A DNA stretch of 64,000 bases from Halorutilales archaeon Cl-col2-1 (GCA_041891055.1 CP169074.1:1216001-1280000); one strand, 5' to 3'. Shown: positions 28,113 through 38,569, counted from the stretch's first letter. Translations and numbers: made by a program. Notes: a model not told the origin generated them from the sequence alone.

Positions 28113-28302
28113 AAAGGAGTAGATCGCCAGATAGGAAGACCGAAGAACTGAGAGAGGGTTCTACTCTTCTGTCTGGGCTCGCCGACAGGAAGGGGAACTG
28201 TCGGCACTTACAGATTAGTAAGCCGTATTATTAGTCTTACTGGTAGGTTACTCGAAGACCGAGACAGAAAGAATCGGATAGGGAGACAGAGGAGAGTCGG
28301 AA

Positions 28303-28809
28303 TTAAGCTTCTAGGAGACCGAGTATCTTCCTCGACTTGTCGGTCGGCTTTGCCGTACCGTCGTCGTCGGTCTCAACAAGTCCCCACCTCTCGTAACTCT
28401 CTATGTAGTTCTCAACAGGTTCGTCGGCGTCGACCTCGTCACTTATCTCGTCGGTAGTCGCGGGAAGAGTTTCGAGTATCTCGTGTGTCACAGACCCCGA
28501 GTAGTCAGAGATAGCCGAGACCGCCTGTGAGAGAGGACCCACGCACGTGTTGGGGTTACAGAACTCCTCACACTTGTCACGGCTCAGAAGGTTGTATGTC
28601 ACGGCTGCCTCCTTTCCCTTCGAGGTGATAACGTACTTCTCGCCGTCGGTCTCGACGAAGCCGTCGTCTATGAGTTCCTTGAGACGTCTGTCGACCATAC
28701 TGGGGTTGATTCCGAGGTACTCCTCTATCTCCGAGAAACGTGACTCTCCGTTCATACAGAGATAGACAATAATACCCTCGCTCTTCGAGTACGAGAGGGT
28801 CTTGAGCAT
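28303..28809 (-). CDS. Winged-helix regulator (HxlR-like, two wHTH domains)
   Basis: RFSEI...LGINP.MVDRRLKEL...G.V...Y.IT.KG; second wHTH-like C-terminal half. Confidence 0.7.
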   Translation of the reverse strand: MLKTLSYSKSEGIIVYLCMNGESRFSEIEEYLGINPSMVDRRLKELIDDGFVETDGEKYVITSKGKEAAVTYNLLSRDKCEEFCNPNTCVGPLSQAVSAISDYSGSVTHEILETLPATTDEISDEVDADEPVENYIESYERWGLVETDDDGTAKPTDKSRKILGLLEA

Positions 28810-28856
28810 AGACGAAGATAAGACGCCGAGAGAGGATAAGCTTACTGATTAGTACG

Positions 28857-29603
28857 CTACACGCGTTTCGCGGCTTCGAGTGCTATCTCTATGACACGTC
28901 CGACGCCCGCGCGCGCCTCCTCGGGAAGCTCCTCGTCGTCCTCTGTCTCGCCCTTCTGTTCTCCTGCTACGAGGTTTCCGTCGACTGCGAGGACGGCTCC
29001 GGCTTTCACACCGCGTCTCCTTGCAAGAGTGAAAAGAGCCGACGCCTCCATCTCAACCGAGAGCATTCCCGCCTCCTCCCAGTCACTCGCGGGCTCGTCC
29101 TCAGCGTAGAAGGCGTCGTCTGTCACTACCGACCCGACGTGAACCTCGTGTCCTCCCTCGTCTGCGGCGTCTACGAGAGAATTCGTGACATCGAGAGACG
29201 GTACGGCGGGATACTCGACCTCCTCGTACCTCTTGGTCGTCCCCTCGTACTTCGCCGAAGCAGTCGGTATTACGACGTCACCAGTTGTCACGTCCTCCTG
29301 AAGACCACCCGTAGTACCGGGACGTATGAAGGTCTCCGCGCCGATGTTGACTAACTCCTCGACTGCGACCGCGGCACTCGGGCTTCCGACCCCTGTCGAA
29401 CAGACTGTCACGGGTTCGCCTTCGTAGACACCGTTGACGAGCCTGTACTCTCGGTTGTGTGAGACTACCTCTACGTCTTCGAGTCTCTCGGCTATTCTGT
29501 CGACCCTGTCGGGGTCTCCGGGAACGAGAACCGTCTGGTTTATGTCGCCCTCGGAGGCGAGTATGTGAGGCTGTTTTACCTCGGTGTCACCGTCTTGTGT
29601 CAT
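28857..29603 (-). CDS. Nucleoside (uridine-type) phosphorylase
   Basis: VPGDPDRV, NREY, STGVGSPS, VEMEAS; start 29603. Confidence 0.92.
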   Translation of the reverse strand: MTQDGDTEVKQPHILASEGDINQTVLVPGDPDRVDRIAERLEDVEVVSHNREYRLVNGVYEGEPVTVCSTGVGSPSAAVAVEELVNIGAETFIRPGTTGGLQEDVTTGDVVIPTASAKYEGTTKRYEEVEYPAVPSLDVTNSLVDAADEGGHEVHVGSVVTDDAFYAEDEPASDWEEAGMLSVEMEASALFTLARRRGVKAGAVLAVDGNLVAGEQKGETEDDEELPEEARAGVGRVIEIALEAAKRV

Positions 29604-29658
29604 ACGGCTTCTGTGGTACCGATAAGTAGAAAAAGCTTCCGAGGGATACGCTAACCAG

Positions 29659-30366
29659 ATGGACGTTCCCAAATCTTCAGATTCGCGTGCACCCGAGAAT
29701 GGGGGTTCTCGGGACGCAGAGAAACTCGGCTCGGCGATAGACCACACACTCCTCGACAAGGATCACACGACGGAGGACGTTGACGAAGCTGTGAGAACGG
29801 CGGACGACTACGGCATGAATATCTGTCTCCCGCCGTCGAGGATCGAACGCGTACCAGCATCCTTCATGGGTGAGGTATGTAGTGTCGTCGGCTTCCCCCT
29901 CGGGTACAACGACACCGAGACGAAGGTATTCGAGGCACAGCGTGCATCCGAGGACGGCGCTACGGAGGTCGACGTCGCGTGTAATGTCTCACATCTCAAG
30001 TCGAGGAGCTACTACGAGTTCAGGAGCGACGTCGAGAGGGTCGTCGAAGCCGCCGACGTCAGGGTAAAGGCTATAATAGAGACGGGTCTTCTCTCGAAGT
30101 CGGAGATAAAGAGGGCGTCTAAGCTGTGTGTCGAGGCGGGTGCCGACTACGTCAAGACGTGTTCGGGGTTTACCGACGGTGAGGCTACGCCGAGCGACGT
30201 GAGGACTATCAGAGAGGCTGTGGGCGAGGGAGTAGGCGTGAAAGCAAGCGGAGGAATAAGGAGCTACTCCGATGTCGTCGAGATGGTGAGGGCGGGAGCG
30301 ACACGTATAGGAAGTAGCTCAGGGAAGGAGATAGTCGAAGATTTCAGTCAGAGTCAGAGCCGATGA
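29659..30366 (+). CDS. deoC: Deoxyribose-phosphate aldolase
   Basis: IDHTLL, VVGFPLG, VKTCSG, VKASGGIR, GATRIGSS. Confidence 0.93.
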   Translation: MDVPKSSDSRAPENGGSRDAEKLGSAIDHTLLDKDHTTEDVDEAVRTADDYGMNICLPPSRIERVPASFMGEVCSVVGFPLGYNDTETKVFEAQRASEDGATEVDVACNVSHLKSRSYYEFRSDVERVVEAADVRVKAIIETGLLSKSEIKRASKLCVEAGADYVKTCSGFTDGEATPSDVRTIREAVGEGVGVKASGGIRSYSDVVEMVRAGATRIGSSSGKEIVEDFSQSQSR

Positions 30367-30823
30367 CGTAGTCGTTTACTGTGTTCCTGGGTATCAGAAC
30401 CACCTCCTTCGCGTCCATCCTTCCGTCCTTGAGAGAAGCCGCGAGCCGTGTGGCTGTCTCGAACTCGACCGCCCTTACAGTACCGTCTATCTCGTAGGTC
30501 GTCTCGTCAGTCTGAGTCAGAGCTAAGTAGTCGTCGCCGAACTTCCTGTCCTCGTCGGACTTGTAGTGGTACTCGTATTCGTCGCCCTCGGAGTCTCCGT
30601 AGGTTCCAGTCGACGTCGACGCGGTTCCGACAGCCGTACGTCTTATCACTGAGTCGGCGGGGACAACCCAGATCTCGGAGCCGTCTTCTACGTCTATCTC
30701 TCCGGCATCACGTCTCTCCTCTATCATATGTACTATCTCGTCGGGAGTCGTCGCAGTCGCGGAGCCGACGTCGAGGAGGTACTCGTCGAGCTTGAGAAAG
30801 GCACGGAACTTTATGCCTCGCAT
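30344..30823 (-). CDS. Hypothetical protein with apparent internal duplication
   Basis: Acidic ORF; EIWVVPADSV versus EVVLIPRNTV in the two halves. Confidence 0.55.
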   Translation of the reverse strand: MRGIKFRAFLKLDEYLLDVGSATATTPDEIVHMIEERRDAGEIDVEDGSEIWVVPADSVIRRTAVGTASTSTGTYGDSEGDEYEYHYKSDEDRKFGDDYLALTQTDETTYEIDGTVRAVEFETATRLAASLKDGRMDAKEVVLIPRNTVNDYVIGSDSD

Positions 30824-30895
30824 TAACGGGCGTAGACGCGGAACGGGTTTTATACTATCGGTCGGTGGGTCGGTGACGAGGCTGGATCTTCAGTA

Positions 30896-31555
30896 TCACT
30901 CGAATATGTCGAGTACGTCTTCAGTCATCCCCTCACGTGAGAAGACAGTGACCAAGTCATCCTTCTGTATACGTGTCTGACCCTTGGGGATTATCACATC
31001 GCCGTCCCTGTCGACCGCGACTATCAGGACTCCCTCGTCGAGGTATCCCTCATCGTCGGCTTCGGCTATCGTCATTCCGACCAGGTCTGAGTCCGCGCCG
31101 ACGGGAATCTCGAATATCTCGGCTGTCTCTCCGACGTGCATGAAGTCCTCAACCGAGGGAAGCTGTACCGCCCGGAAGAGGTAGTCGGCGATGAGATGCT
31201 GGGGGTTTTCTAAGACATTCGCGCCGACCCGTCGGAAGAGGTTGAGGTGTTCGGGGTTCTGGACTACAGTGACCCTTTGTGGTATGCCTATCTCCTCCGA
31301 GAGGAGGAGTACCATCATGTTGGTGGCGTCGGACTCCGTAGTGCAGATCACAGCGTCGGCTTCGTCGGCACCCGCGTCTTCGAGAACTGATTTGTCGCTC
31401 GCGTCCCCCTCGATCACGAGGCAGTCGTAGTCACGGCTCATCTTCTCGGCTCTCTCGGGGTCTTTCTCTATCACGACGGTGTCGACCCCGGCTTCGGTGG
31501 CGAGGTCTATGACCTGTGACCCTATGTCACCCGCGCCGACGACTATGAGGTACAT
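30896..31555 (-). CDS. trkA: TrkA-family K+ uptake regulatory subunit (single RCK pair)
   Basis: IVVGAGDIG, GDASD..L..AG; TrkA-C domain; start 31555. Confidence 0.9.
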   Translation of the reverse strand: MYLIVVGAGDIGSQVIDLATEAGVDTVVIEKDPERAEKMSRDYDCLVIEGDASDKSVLEDAGADEADAVICTTESDATNMMVLLLSEEIGIPQRVTVVQNPEHLNLFRRVGANVLENPQHLIADYLFRAVQLPSVEDFMHVGETAEIFEIPVGADSDLVGMTIAEADDEGYLDEGVLIVAVDRDGDVIIPKGQTRIQKDDLVTVFSREGMTEDVLDIFE

Positions 31556-31577
31556 AGACTCTAATCTCACTCCTTCC

Positions 31578-31793
31578 CTAAGTCTCTTTTCTAAGAGCTT
31601 TACGTAGTAGGTTGACAAGGAAGACTCCGATGTAAGAGACTGCGAGAGACGTAGTCAGGCTGTTTCTGCCCAAGACTCCTATGACGACAACCAAGACGGG
31701 AGCCACGAGTATAAGGGAGTCGAAGACCCTGTCGTCGGCTCCCATCTCGTAGACAGTCCGGAGAACCGGGATTCGGTCTATGTCTATGTCCAT
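31578..31793 (-). CDS. Small 2-TM protein in the trk operon
   Basis: GADDRVFDSL plus 2 TM helices, between trkH and trkA. Confidence 0.65.
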   Translation of the reverse strand: MDIDIDRIPVLRTVYEMGADDRVFDSLILVAPVLVVVIGVLGRNSLTTSLAVSYIGVFLVNLLRKALRKET

Positions 31794-31833
31794 GTCTCAC
31801 CACTCCACCTCGATCTACATCTCGGTCTTATAC

Positions 31834-33399
31834 TCATACCTCGAATCCTCCCGTGATGCTCTTGAAGACGACGAGAACTGGTATTATCTCCAGGCGTCCT
31901 ATCCACATGTTGAGGAGGAAGAAGCTCTTGGCTACGGTCGACATCTCGGGTGACGTGATACCCGCCGAGAGACCGACGTTGCCCTGTGCGCTCGCGACCT
32001 CGAAGATCACGTTTTCGAGGCTGTAGACGTCGGGAACCACAGACAGGAGGACGAAGACGCCGGCGAGTAGAAAGACGACCCAGAGGAACGATATTATAGC
32101 CGCCTCCTCAAGCTCGTGTGCGACCTCGGCGTCGGAGAGCGTCCTTCCGTCGATTTCGAGATGTCTCACAGCCGTGTCGGGATAGAAGACACCCGCTATC
32201 CTGTAAGCAGTCCCCTTCGTGAGTGTGATAGCACGTATGACCTTTATTCCCCCGACCGTCGAACCCGCGGCGGCTCCTACCGTCATAGCCAACGAGACGA
32301 GTATCTGTGACTCCGCCGACCAGTCGCCGACCGCGCCCGTCTGGAAGCCAGCGCATGACGCCGCCGAGACGAACTGGAAAGTACCGTACCTGAACGACTC
32401 GAACGCCGATGAATAAGAGCCGTTGACGTAGAGGAGTGCCGAGAGCACGACGCTCCCGAGTGTGAAGATACCGATGACCCATCTAGTCTGTATGTCGGAG
32501 ACGACACGTCTGAGATTGCCCTGGAGAAGGAGGTAATGTACGGGGAAAGCCACGCCTCCGACCGCCATCACGGGAATCACGGCGAAGTCTACCAGGGCAC
32601 TGTCGTAGGTCGCTATACTGTTGTCGGTGACGCTGAATCCTCCCGTCGAGAGACCCGTCATGGCGTGGTTTACGGCGTCCCAGAGAGGCATCCCGGCGAG
32701 CCACAGCAGAAAGACCGAGACGAAACTGTAAAGGACGAATATCCACCAGATCGTCCGGACAGTAGAGAGTATGCTCGGATGTATCTTCTCCGAGCGCGCC
32801 TCGCTCCTGTAAAGAGTCAGAGAGCCGCTCCCCGGGCGCGCGAGTATAGCCGTCGTGAGTACGATCACACCGACGCCGCCGATCCACTCAGTGAAAGACC
32901 TCCACCACTGGAGCGTATGGGGCAGGACGTTCTCGTGACGTGTCATGGTGAGTCCTGTCCCCGTGAATCCGCTCATGCTCTCGAAGACGGCGTTGAGGGG
33001 CGACTTGAACGCCGCGACTGTCGGCGACATCTCCGGTGACCCGAGTAAGCCGGGGTCGAGAGCGACCGTCCACGCTATCAGTACGAAAGGGAAAGACCCG
33101 AAGACTGCGACCACTCCCCAGCCCAAAGCGGCTATCACCATCCCGTGGAGCTTTCCAGGGTCCTCGGCGTCGGCGTACCTGCGTACGAGGAGAGTTCCGA
33201 CGCCGAAAGGCACGAGCGATGAGACGGCTAATCCAGGGACTGCATACAGCTCCCCCCAGATCAAAGGTACTAATATAGAGATTCCGACCGCCGCCGAGAG
33301 CGCCCTGAGTATGTTCCCGAGGTCGCGGAGAACCGTCTCCGACGTCCAGACGAACGAGGGTTTCATCTTACCGTGTCGAAAGACACCGGATCTGAACAT
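31834..33399 (-). CDS. trkH: TrkH-family K+ uptake membrane protein
   Basis: FESMSGFTGTGLT, WIGGVG, TGGFS, SAQGNVGLS, WIGRLEI. Confidence 0.93.
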   Translation of the reverse strand: MFRSGVFRHGKMKPSFVWTSETVLRDLGNILRALSAAVGISILVPLIWGELYAVPGLAVSSLVPFGVGTLLVRRYADAEDPGKLHGMVIAALGWGVVAVFGSFPFVLIAWTVALDPGLLGSPEMSPTVAAFKSPLNAVFESMSGFTGTGLTMTRHENVLPHTLQWWRSFTEWIGGVGVIVLTTAILARPGSGSLTLYRSEARSEKIHPSILSTVRTIWWIFVLYSFVSVFLLWLAGMPLWDAVNHAMTGLSTGGFSVTDNSIATYDSALVDFAVIPVMAVGGVAFPVHYLLLQGNLRRVVSDIQTRWVIGIFTLGSVVLSALLYVNGSYSSAFESFRYGTFQFVSAASCAGFQTGAVGDWSAESQILVSLAMTVGAAAGSTVGGIKVIRAITLTKGTAYRIAGVFYPDTAVRHLEIDGRTLSDAEVAHELEEAAIISFLWVVFLLAGVFVLLSVVPDVYSLENVIFEVASAQGNVGLSAGITSPEMSTVAKSFFLLNMWIGRLEIIPVLVVFKSITGGFEV

Positions 33400-33498
33400 A
33401 AAACCTGAGGTTGGCGCTCTGGTCAGTGGTCTGTAACGGAGACTATTAGAAGACAGTTCTTAAGTACGAAACCGTCGTGTTTTACGCCACTATTCAAG

Positions 33499-34857
33499 AT
33501 GCGGGTTATAATAATAGGAGCGGGCCAGGTTGGGTCTAAGATCGCGGCGGAGCTCTCGAAGTCACACGAGGTCGTCGTGATCGACGCCGACAAGGAGAAG
33601 GTCGATGAGCTGACCTACGCTGTCGACGCGATGTCGATACACGGAGACGGTACCGACACCGACGTTCTCGACGAGGCGGGCGTGTCGGAAGCCGACATGC
33701 TCATAGCCACTACCGACGAGGACCACGCCAACATAGTCGCGTGTACCACGGCGAAGACACTCTCGGACGTCTTCACTGTCGCACGTGTCAAGAGAACTCA
33801 GTTCCTGAGGACGTGGGAGAGGTCGGAGAAGAAGGGAGCGATGGGAGTCGATTACATGGTCTGTTCGGATCTCCAGACGGCGAAGGCGGTGGTCTGGGTC
33901 ACGACTTTACCCGCAGCGAAGGACGTCGACCTCTTCGCCGAGGGACGCGTCCAGATGGTGGAGTTCGAGATAAATGAGGGGAGTCCCGTCGCGGGTATAA
34001 CGGTAGAGAACGCCGATGTCCTCGACTCGTTGACCTTCGCGGCTCTCCTCAGGGACGGCGAGGTCATCCTACCAAGGGGTGACACCGTCATACGTGAGGG
34101 CGACTCGGTGATCGTAATAGGGAGCGTCGAGAGCACACAGAAGTTCAGCAACAGGCTGATGTCGGGGTCGATAGAAGACGACAGCCACGACGAGGAACAC
34201 GGCGACATTGTGATCGTCGGAGGGAGTCAGACGGGATACCACACGGCGCGTCTCCTCGAAGAACGCGGATACCAGCCTAAGCTCATCGAGTCTGACCCCG
34301 AGAGGGCGCGCCGTCTCGCCGAGGATCTTCCCGGAACCGTAGTGATGGAGAGCGACGCCACCGACATCGAGTTCCTGAAACGTGAGGGGGTCGACAGGGC
34401 AGACGTCGTGATATCCGCTCTCGACACCGATGAGAAGAGCCTCCTCGTTTCGCTCCTCACGAAACGTCTGGGTGCCGAACGGTCGGTCGCCGTCGTCGAA
34501 CAGGGATCGTACGTCGACCTCTTCGAGACAGTGGGGGTGGACGTCGGTGTCAACCCGAGGAAGATAACCGCCGAGAAGATCACGCGTTTCACGCGTGATT
34601 ACCGAGCCCAGAACCTCGCCGTGATAGGCGACGGAGAGGCGGAGATACTTGAGATTGAGATAGACGACGACAGCCTACTTGCCGACAGCACCGTCGAGGA
34701 AGCCGCTGGGACTCTCGGATCAGGGGTCGTCTTCGGAGCCATCACACGTGACGGAGGTTTCATAACACCCCGCGGTGGTACACGTATGCGAGCCGGCGAC
34801 CACGTAGTAGTCTTCGTCGAGGACGAGCATCTCGACGAGGTTGCACCGATGCTCTGA
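33499..34857 (+). CDS. trkA: Full-length TrkA K+ uptake regulatory subunit
   Basis: Two RCK-N/RCK-C repeats, GAGQVG. Confidence 0.93.
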   Translation: MRVIIIGAGQVGSKIAAELSKSHEVVVIDADKEKVDELTYAVDAMSIHGDGTDTDVLDEAGVSEADMLIATTDEDHANIVACTTAKTLSDVFTVARVKRTQFLRTWERSEKKGAMGVDYMVCSDLQTAKAVVWVTTLPAAKDVDLFAEGRVQMVEFEINEGSPVAGITVENADVLDSLTFAALLRDGEVILPRGDTVIREGDSVIVIGSVESTQKFSNRLMSGSIEDDSHDEEHGDIVIVGGSQTGYHTARLLEERGYQPKLIESDPERARRLAEDLPGTVVMESDATDIEFLKREGVDRADVVISALDTDEKSLLVSLLTKRLGAERSVAVVEQGSYVDLFETVGVDVGVNPRKITAEKITRFTRDYRAQNLAVIGDGEAEILEIEIDDDSLLADSTVEEAAGTLGSGVVFGAITRDGGFITPRGGTRMRAGDHVVVFVEDEHLDEVAPML

Positions 34858-34933
34858 TGAAGTACGGTATCGACAGATTGATTCGTGTATTAGATCGAGT
34901 TTGACACAGCGGGATACAAAATAAGAGATAATA

Positions 34934-36514
34934 ATGCGTGTGGGTATACCGAGACTCAGGGTTGACTACCGAGCGAGCCTTTCGATGATAGGCACGGTTC
35001 TGAAGTTACTCGCCGTGCCTCTTCTGATTCCGGTCGTCGTGGGTGTGATCTACGGCGACTCGTTGGTTCCCTTCTTCGTTACCATAGCCGTAACTCTCGT
35101 ACTCGGGGAGTCGCTCGAACGTCTGAGTCCCGACGCCGACATGGGTAACCGCGAGGCGTTTCTGATGGTGCCTCTGACCTGGATCGCTGTCGTAGTCATC
35201 GGCGCGATCCCGTACGTCGTAGAGGCTCACGGAATACCTCCCGTCTATCCGGCACCGTACCCCGAATCGAGCCTCGGAGACCCCGTAGACGCCGTCTTCG
35301 AGAGCATGAGCGGATTCACGACTACGGGAGCTACCGTGATGGAGTCGATATCGTTCGAGTCCCACTCGCGCGCTCTGATGATGTGGAGACAGGAGACCCA
35401 GTGGCTCGGCGGAATGGGTATAGTCGTCCTCGCGGTCGCTATACTCCCGAGGCTCTCAGTCGCGGGCGCACAGCTAATGGAAGCCGAGGCACCGGGTCCG
35501 GGTATCGAGAGGCTGACTCCACGTATAAAAGAGACTGCAAAGACACTCTGGAAGATATACCTCGGTCTCACTGCTCTCCAGGTAGGTCTCCTCTATCTCT
35601 TCTACCGTCTCGGACACGCTCCCGAGATGACTCTCTACAACGCCGTGGCTCACGGCTTCACGACGCTCCCGACAGGGGGGTTCTCACCCGAGGCGAGGAG
35701 CATAGAGGCGTTCTCACCCCTAGTCCAGTGGAGTATCGTACCGTTCATGCTCGCGGCGGGTACCAACTTCGCCCTCTTCTGGTATCTCCTCAACCTCGAC
35801 TTCGGTGACTTCTTCGGCGACGAGGAGTTCAGGTCGTACATCGGTGTAACCGCAGTCCTGTCACTGATGGGAGCCGCTCTGATCTTCTTCGACCCGGGTC
35901 TCGAATCAGTCGACGGCATAGGCAGGATAGCCGGCGAGGTAGAGCCCGCATTACGCCACTCAGTCTTCCAGTTTACCTCGATAGTCACGACGACGGGATA
36001 CGCGAGCATGGATTTCAACGCGTGGGGATTCGGGTCGACGGTGCTCCTCTTCATAGCTCTCTTCGTGGGCGGAAGCACGGGAAGTACGGGCGGCGCGATA
36101 AAGATAATGAGATGGGTCGTCGTGGTCAAGTCGATCAAGCGCGAGCTTTTCACGACGGTTCATCCCGAGGCTGTCAGACCCGTCCGTCTCTCGGGTAACC
36201 CGCTCGATGAACGCGCGATCCGTGGCGTCCTCGTCTTCGTGACGACCTACCTCGTACTCTTCTTCGTCGGCGTCTTCCTCGTCGCAGTCGACGCCTCGAA
36301 CGCCGGAGTAGACATTAGCCTCTTAGAGGCAGCCTCGGCAGTCGCCGCGACTCTCGGAAACGTAGGACCCGGATTCGGAGCCGTAGGACCGATGAACAAC
36401 TACGCCTTCTTCTCCGACACGACGAAGCTGTTTATGGTCGTTCTGATGTGGGCGGGAAGGCTCGAAATCATACCCGTCCTCGTAGTTCTGACGCCGTCGT
36501 ACTGGACGTCCTGA
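34934..36514 (+). CDS. trkH: TrkH-family K+ uptake membrane protein
   Basis: FESMSGFTTTGAT, QWLGGMG, TTTGY, LGNVGPG, WAGRLEI. Confidence 0.94.
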   Translation: MRVGIPRLRVDYRASLSMIGTVLKLLAVPLLIPVVVGVIYGDSLVPFFVTIAVTLVLGESLERLSPDADMGNREAFLMVPLTWIAVVVIGAIPYVVEAHGIPPVYPAPYPESSLGDPVDAVFESMSGFTTTGATVMESISFESHSRALMMWRQETQWLGGMGIVVLAVAILPRLSVAGAQLMEAEAPGPGIERLTPRIKETAKTLWKIYLGLTALQVGLLYLFYRLGHAPEMTLYNAVAHGFTTLPTGGFSPEARSIEAFSPLVQWSIVPFMLAAGTNFALFWYLLNLDFGDFFGDEEFRSYIGVTAVLSLMGAALIFFDPGLESVDGIGRIAGEVEPALRHSVFQFTSIVTTTGYASMDFNAWGFGSTVLLFIALFVGGSTGSTGGAIKIMRWVVVVKSIKRELFTTVHPEAVRPVRLSGNPLDERAIRGVLVFVTTYLVLFFVGVFLVAVDASNAGVDISLLEAASAVAATLGNVGPGFGAVGPMNNYAFFSDTTKLFMVVLMWAGRLEIIPVLVVLTPSYWTS

Positions 36515-36558
36515 GCAGTAAGCAAAAGTGACGTGTGGGGTGGGCGCGAAGAGGCAGT

Positions 36559-37851
36559 ATGTTCGGAACATCGGGTATACGCGGAAGCCTCGAAGAGGTC
36601 TCACCCAGTCTGTGTCTCAGACTCGGAAAGGCTGTCGGGAGCCTGTCGTCGAGAGTCGTCGTAGGACGAGACGGACGTCTCACGGGGAAATCTCTCAAGA
36701 ACTCCTTAGTCGCTGGGTTAGAGAGTGTGGGAGCCGAGGTCGTCGACGTCGGAGTAGTTCCGACACACACGCTCGCCTGGGCGGCGCGCGAACACGGGTG
36801 TCTGGGAGTGATGGTCACGGCTTCCCACAACCCGCCGAGCGACAACGGACTCAAAGTATTTGGCTCCGACGGAAGCGAGATAAGCCGCGAGACGGAGAGA
36901 CGGTTAGAGGAGAGAGTCGGTGACAGCGACGTCGCCGAGCCGCGCGACTGGACTGAGTCAGACGAACGCGGCTGTTTGAGTGCCTATCTGAGAGACGCTC
37001 TCGACTACGTAGGAGAAGACGGGGACGTCGATCTCAGAGTCGCGGTCGACTGCGCTAACGGCGTCGGTTCCCTGACTACGCTCCCGCTCCTGAGAGAGAT
37101 GGGATGCGAGGTCACGGGGGTCAACGCCCAGATAGACGGTAGCTTCCCGGGACGTGAGCCGAAGCCGACACCCGACTCACTCTCGGAGTTCGGTGACTTC
37201 GTCCGAGACGGCGACTTCGACTTGGGTCTCGCACACGACGGCGACGCGGACAGACTAGTAGTAGTAGACGGTGACGGCGACGTAGTCCCCGAGGACGCAG
37301 TCGTGGCTGTCCTCGCCGACGACTACACGAATAGAGACGGAGGCACAGTAGTCACTACGCCGAACGCGTCGTCGAAGATAGACCAACGCGTCGACGGAGA
37401 AGTGAGACGGACACGTCTCGGGGGGCTCTCTGAGGCACTCGACGACGACGTCGTATTCGCCGCAGAGCCGTGGAAACACGTCTTTCCGAAGTTCGGCGGC
37501 TGGATAGACGGAACCGTGAGTGCAGCCGAGGTCGTACGTCTCGTCGCAGAGGCAGGAAGCACCGAAGATCTCTTCGGCGACATACGGATCTCAGTCGAGA
37601 AGACCAACGTCGACTGTCCCGACGACGCGAAGCGACAAGCCATCGAAGGCGTCGAGGAGAGGACAAGAGAGGAGTTCGGCTCCGAGGCGGAGATAGACAC
37701 GTCTTACGGAGTCCGTCTCGACTTCGGAGGCGGAGACTGGGCACTCGTACGTCCGAGCGGAACAGAGCCGGTCGTACGTGTCTACTCCGAGGGGTTCGAG
37801 TTAGAAAGAGTAGTCGAGGTCGTCGAGGAAGCTATTCGAGAGGCACAGTAG
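36559..37851 (+). CDS. Alpha-D-phosphohexomutase superfamily enzyme (PMM/PGM; possibly phosphopentomutase)
   Basis: MFGTSGIRG, TASHNP, DGDADR, RPSGTEP. Confidence 0.9.
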   Translation: MFGTSGIRGSLEEVSPSLCLRLGKAVGSLSSRVVVGRDGRLTGKSLKNSLVAGLESVGAEVVDVGVVPTHTLAWAAREHGCLGVMVTASHNPPSDNGLKVFGSDGSEISRETERRLEERVGDSDVAEPRDWTESDERGCLSAYLRDALDYVGEDGDVDLRVAVDCANGVGSLTTLPLLREMGCEVTGVNAQIDGSFPGREPKPTPDSLSEFGDFVRDGDFDLGLAHDGDADRLVVVDGDGDVVPEDAVVAVLADDYTNRDGGTVVTTPNASSKIDQRVDGEVRRTRLGGLSEALDDDVVFAAEPWKHVFPKFGGWIDGTVSAAEVVRLVAEAGSTEDLFGDIRISVEKTNVDCPDDAKRQAIEGVEERTREEFGSEAEIDTSYGVRLDFGGGDWALVRPSGTEPVVRVYSEGFELERVVEVVEEAIREAQ

Positions 37852-38569
37852 CCTCGTGTCCGTTGACCCAGGTAAAACGGTAGTCTTTCTCGGAGTCCGA
37901 CTCAGCCTCGAAGGCGGCGTTGACTGACTGAACCTCGGCGTCCCCTTCCCAGTCGACACGGTAGCTACCCGCGTCACCCACACGTGTCTTGCCGGCGACA
38001 GGAGCGACCTCTCCGTTACTGACGGCGAGGGTCGCTTTCGGCGGTTCGAGACTGAAGACGTCGACGCCCACAGTGTAGTCAGTCTGAGTGTCAGTCGCTG
38101 GCGAGTACATTCCCATCTCGTATCCCTCGTCGAGTTCGACTCCTGTGTAGATCCTCTTGACACCACCGTCAGACCCGGAGCTTTCGGAGAGGTTTGACAG
38201 AACCGCGTTCCAGAGCCAGAAGAAGTAGGAGTCGGAAGTCGTGCCCTCCCGCCGGATACGGTAGACGGCGACCGCGGAGTCGGAACGTCCCGATCGGTTG
38301 GGTAACTCGACGCCGTCAGTCCACGCGCCGACGTATTCGAGTTCGTGGTCGGGAGTCTGCCTCTGTTTCCCCCAGACACCGTTGTCGCCGTAGATGTCGG
38401 CTGTCTCGTCAGCGAAAGAGTCGAACTCGGTCTCAGAAAGCCCTCCCTCGGAGTTACTGGATCTCACGACAGTCGAGGTATCACGTCTGTCGAGAGTAGT
38501 TCCGCCACCGAGACAGCCGGCTGTGAAGACAGTAGCAGCGGCTGCCTTCACGAAGTCTCGTCTTTCCAT
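37832..38569 (-). CDS. Tat-exported lipoprotein, unknown function
   Basis: MERRDFVK, TAGC lipobox. Confidence 0.75.
   Translation of the reverse strand: MERRDFVKAAAATVFTAGCLGGGTTLDRRDTSTVVRSSNSEGGLSETEFDSFADETADIYGDNGVWGKQRQTPDHELEYVGAWTDGVELPNRSGRSDSAVAVYRIRREGTTSDSYFFWLWNAVLSNLSESSGSDGGVKRIYTGVELDEGYEMGMYSPATDTQTDYTVGVDVFSLEPPKATLAVSNGEVAPVAGKTRVGDAGSYRVDWEGDAEVQSVNAAFEAESDSEKDYRFTWVNGHEATVPLE

Noticed and set aside
28170-28206. Hairpin GCCGACAG...CTGTCGGC between convergent genes
   Set aside because: Single hairpin, probably terminator-like; not enough evidence for an ncRNA.
29665-29715. Hairpins at the deoC 5' end resembling the palindrome arrays
   Set aside because: Loop sizes and linkers do not match the arrays; could be chance.
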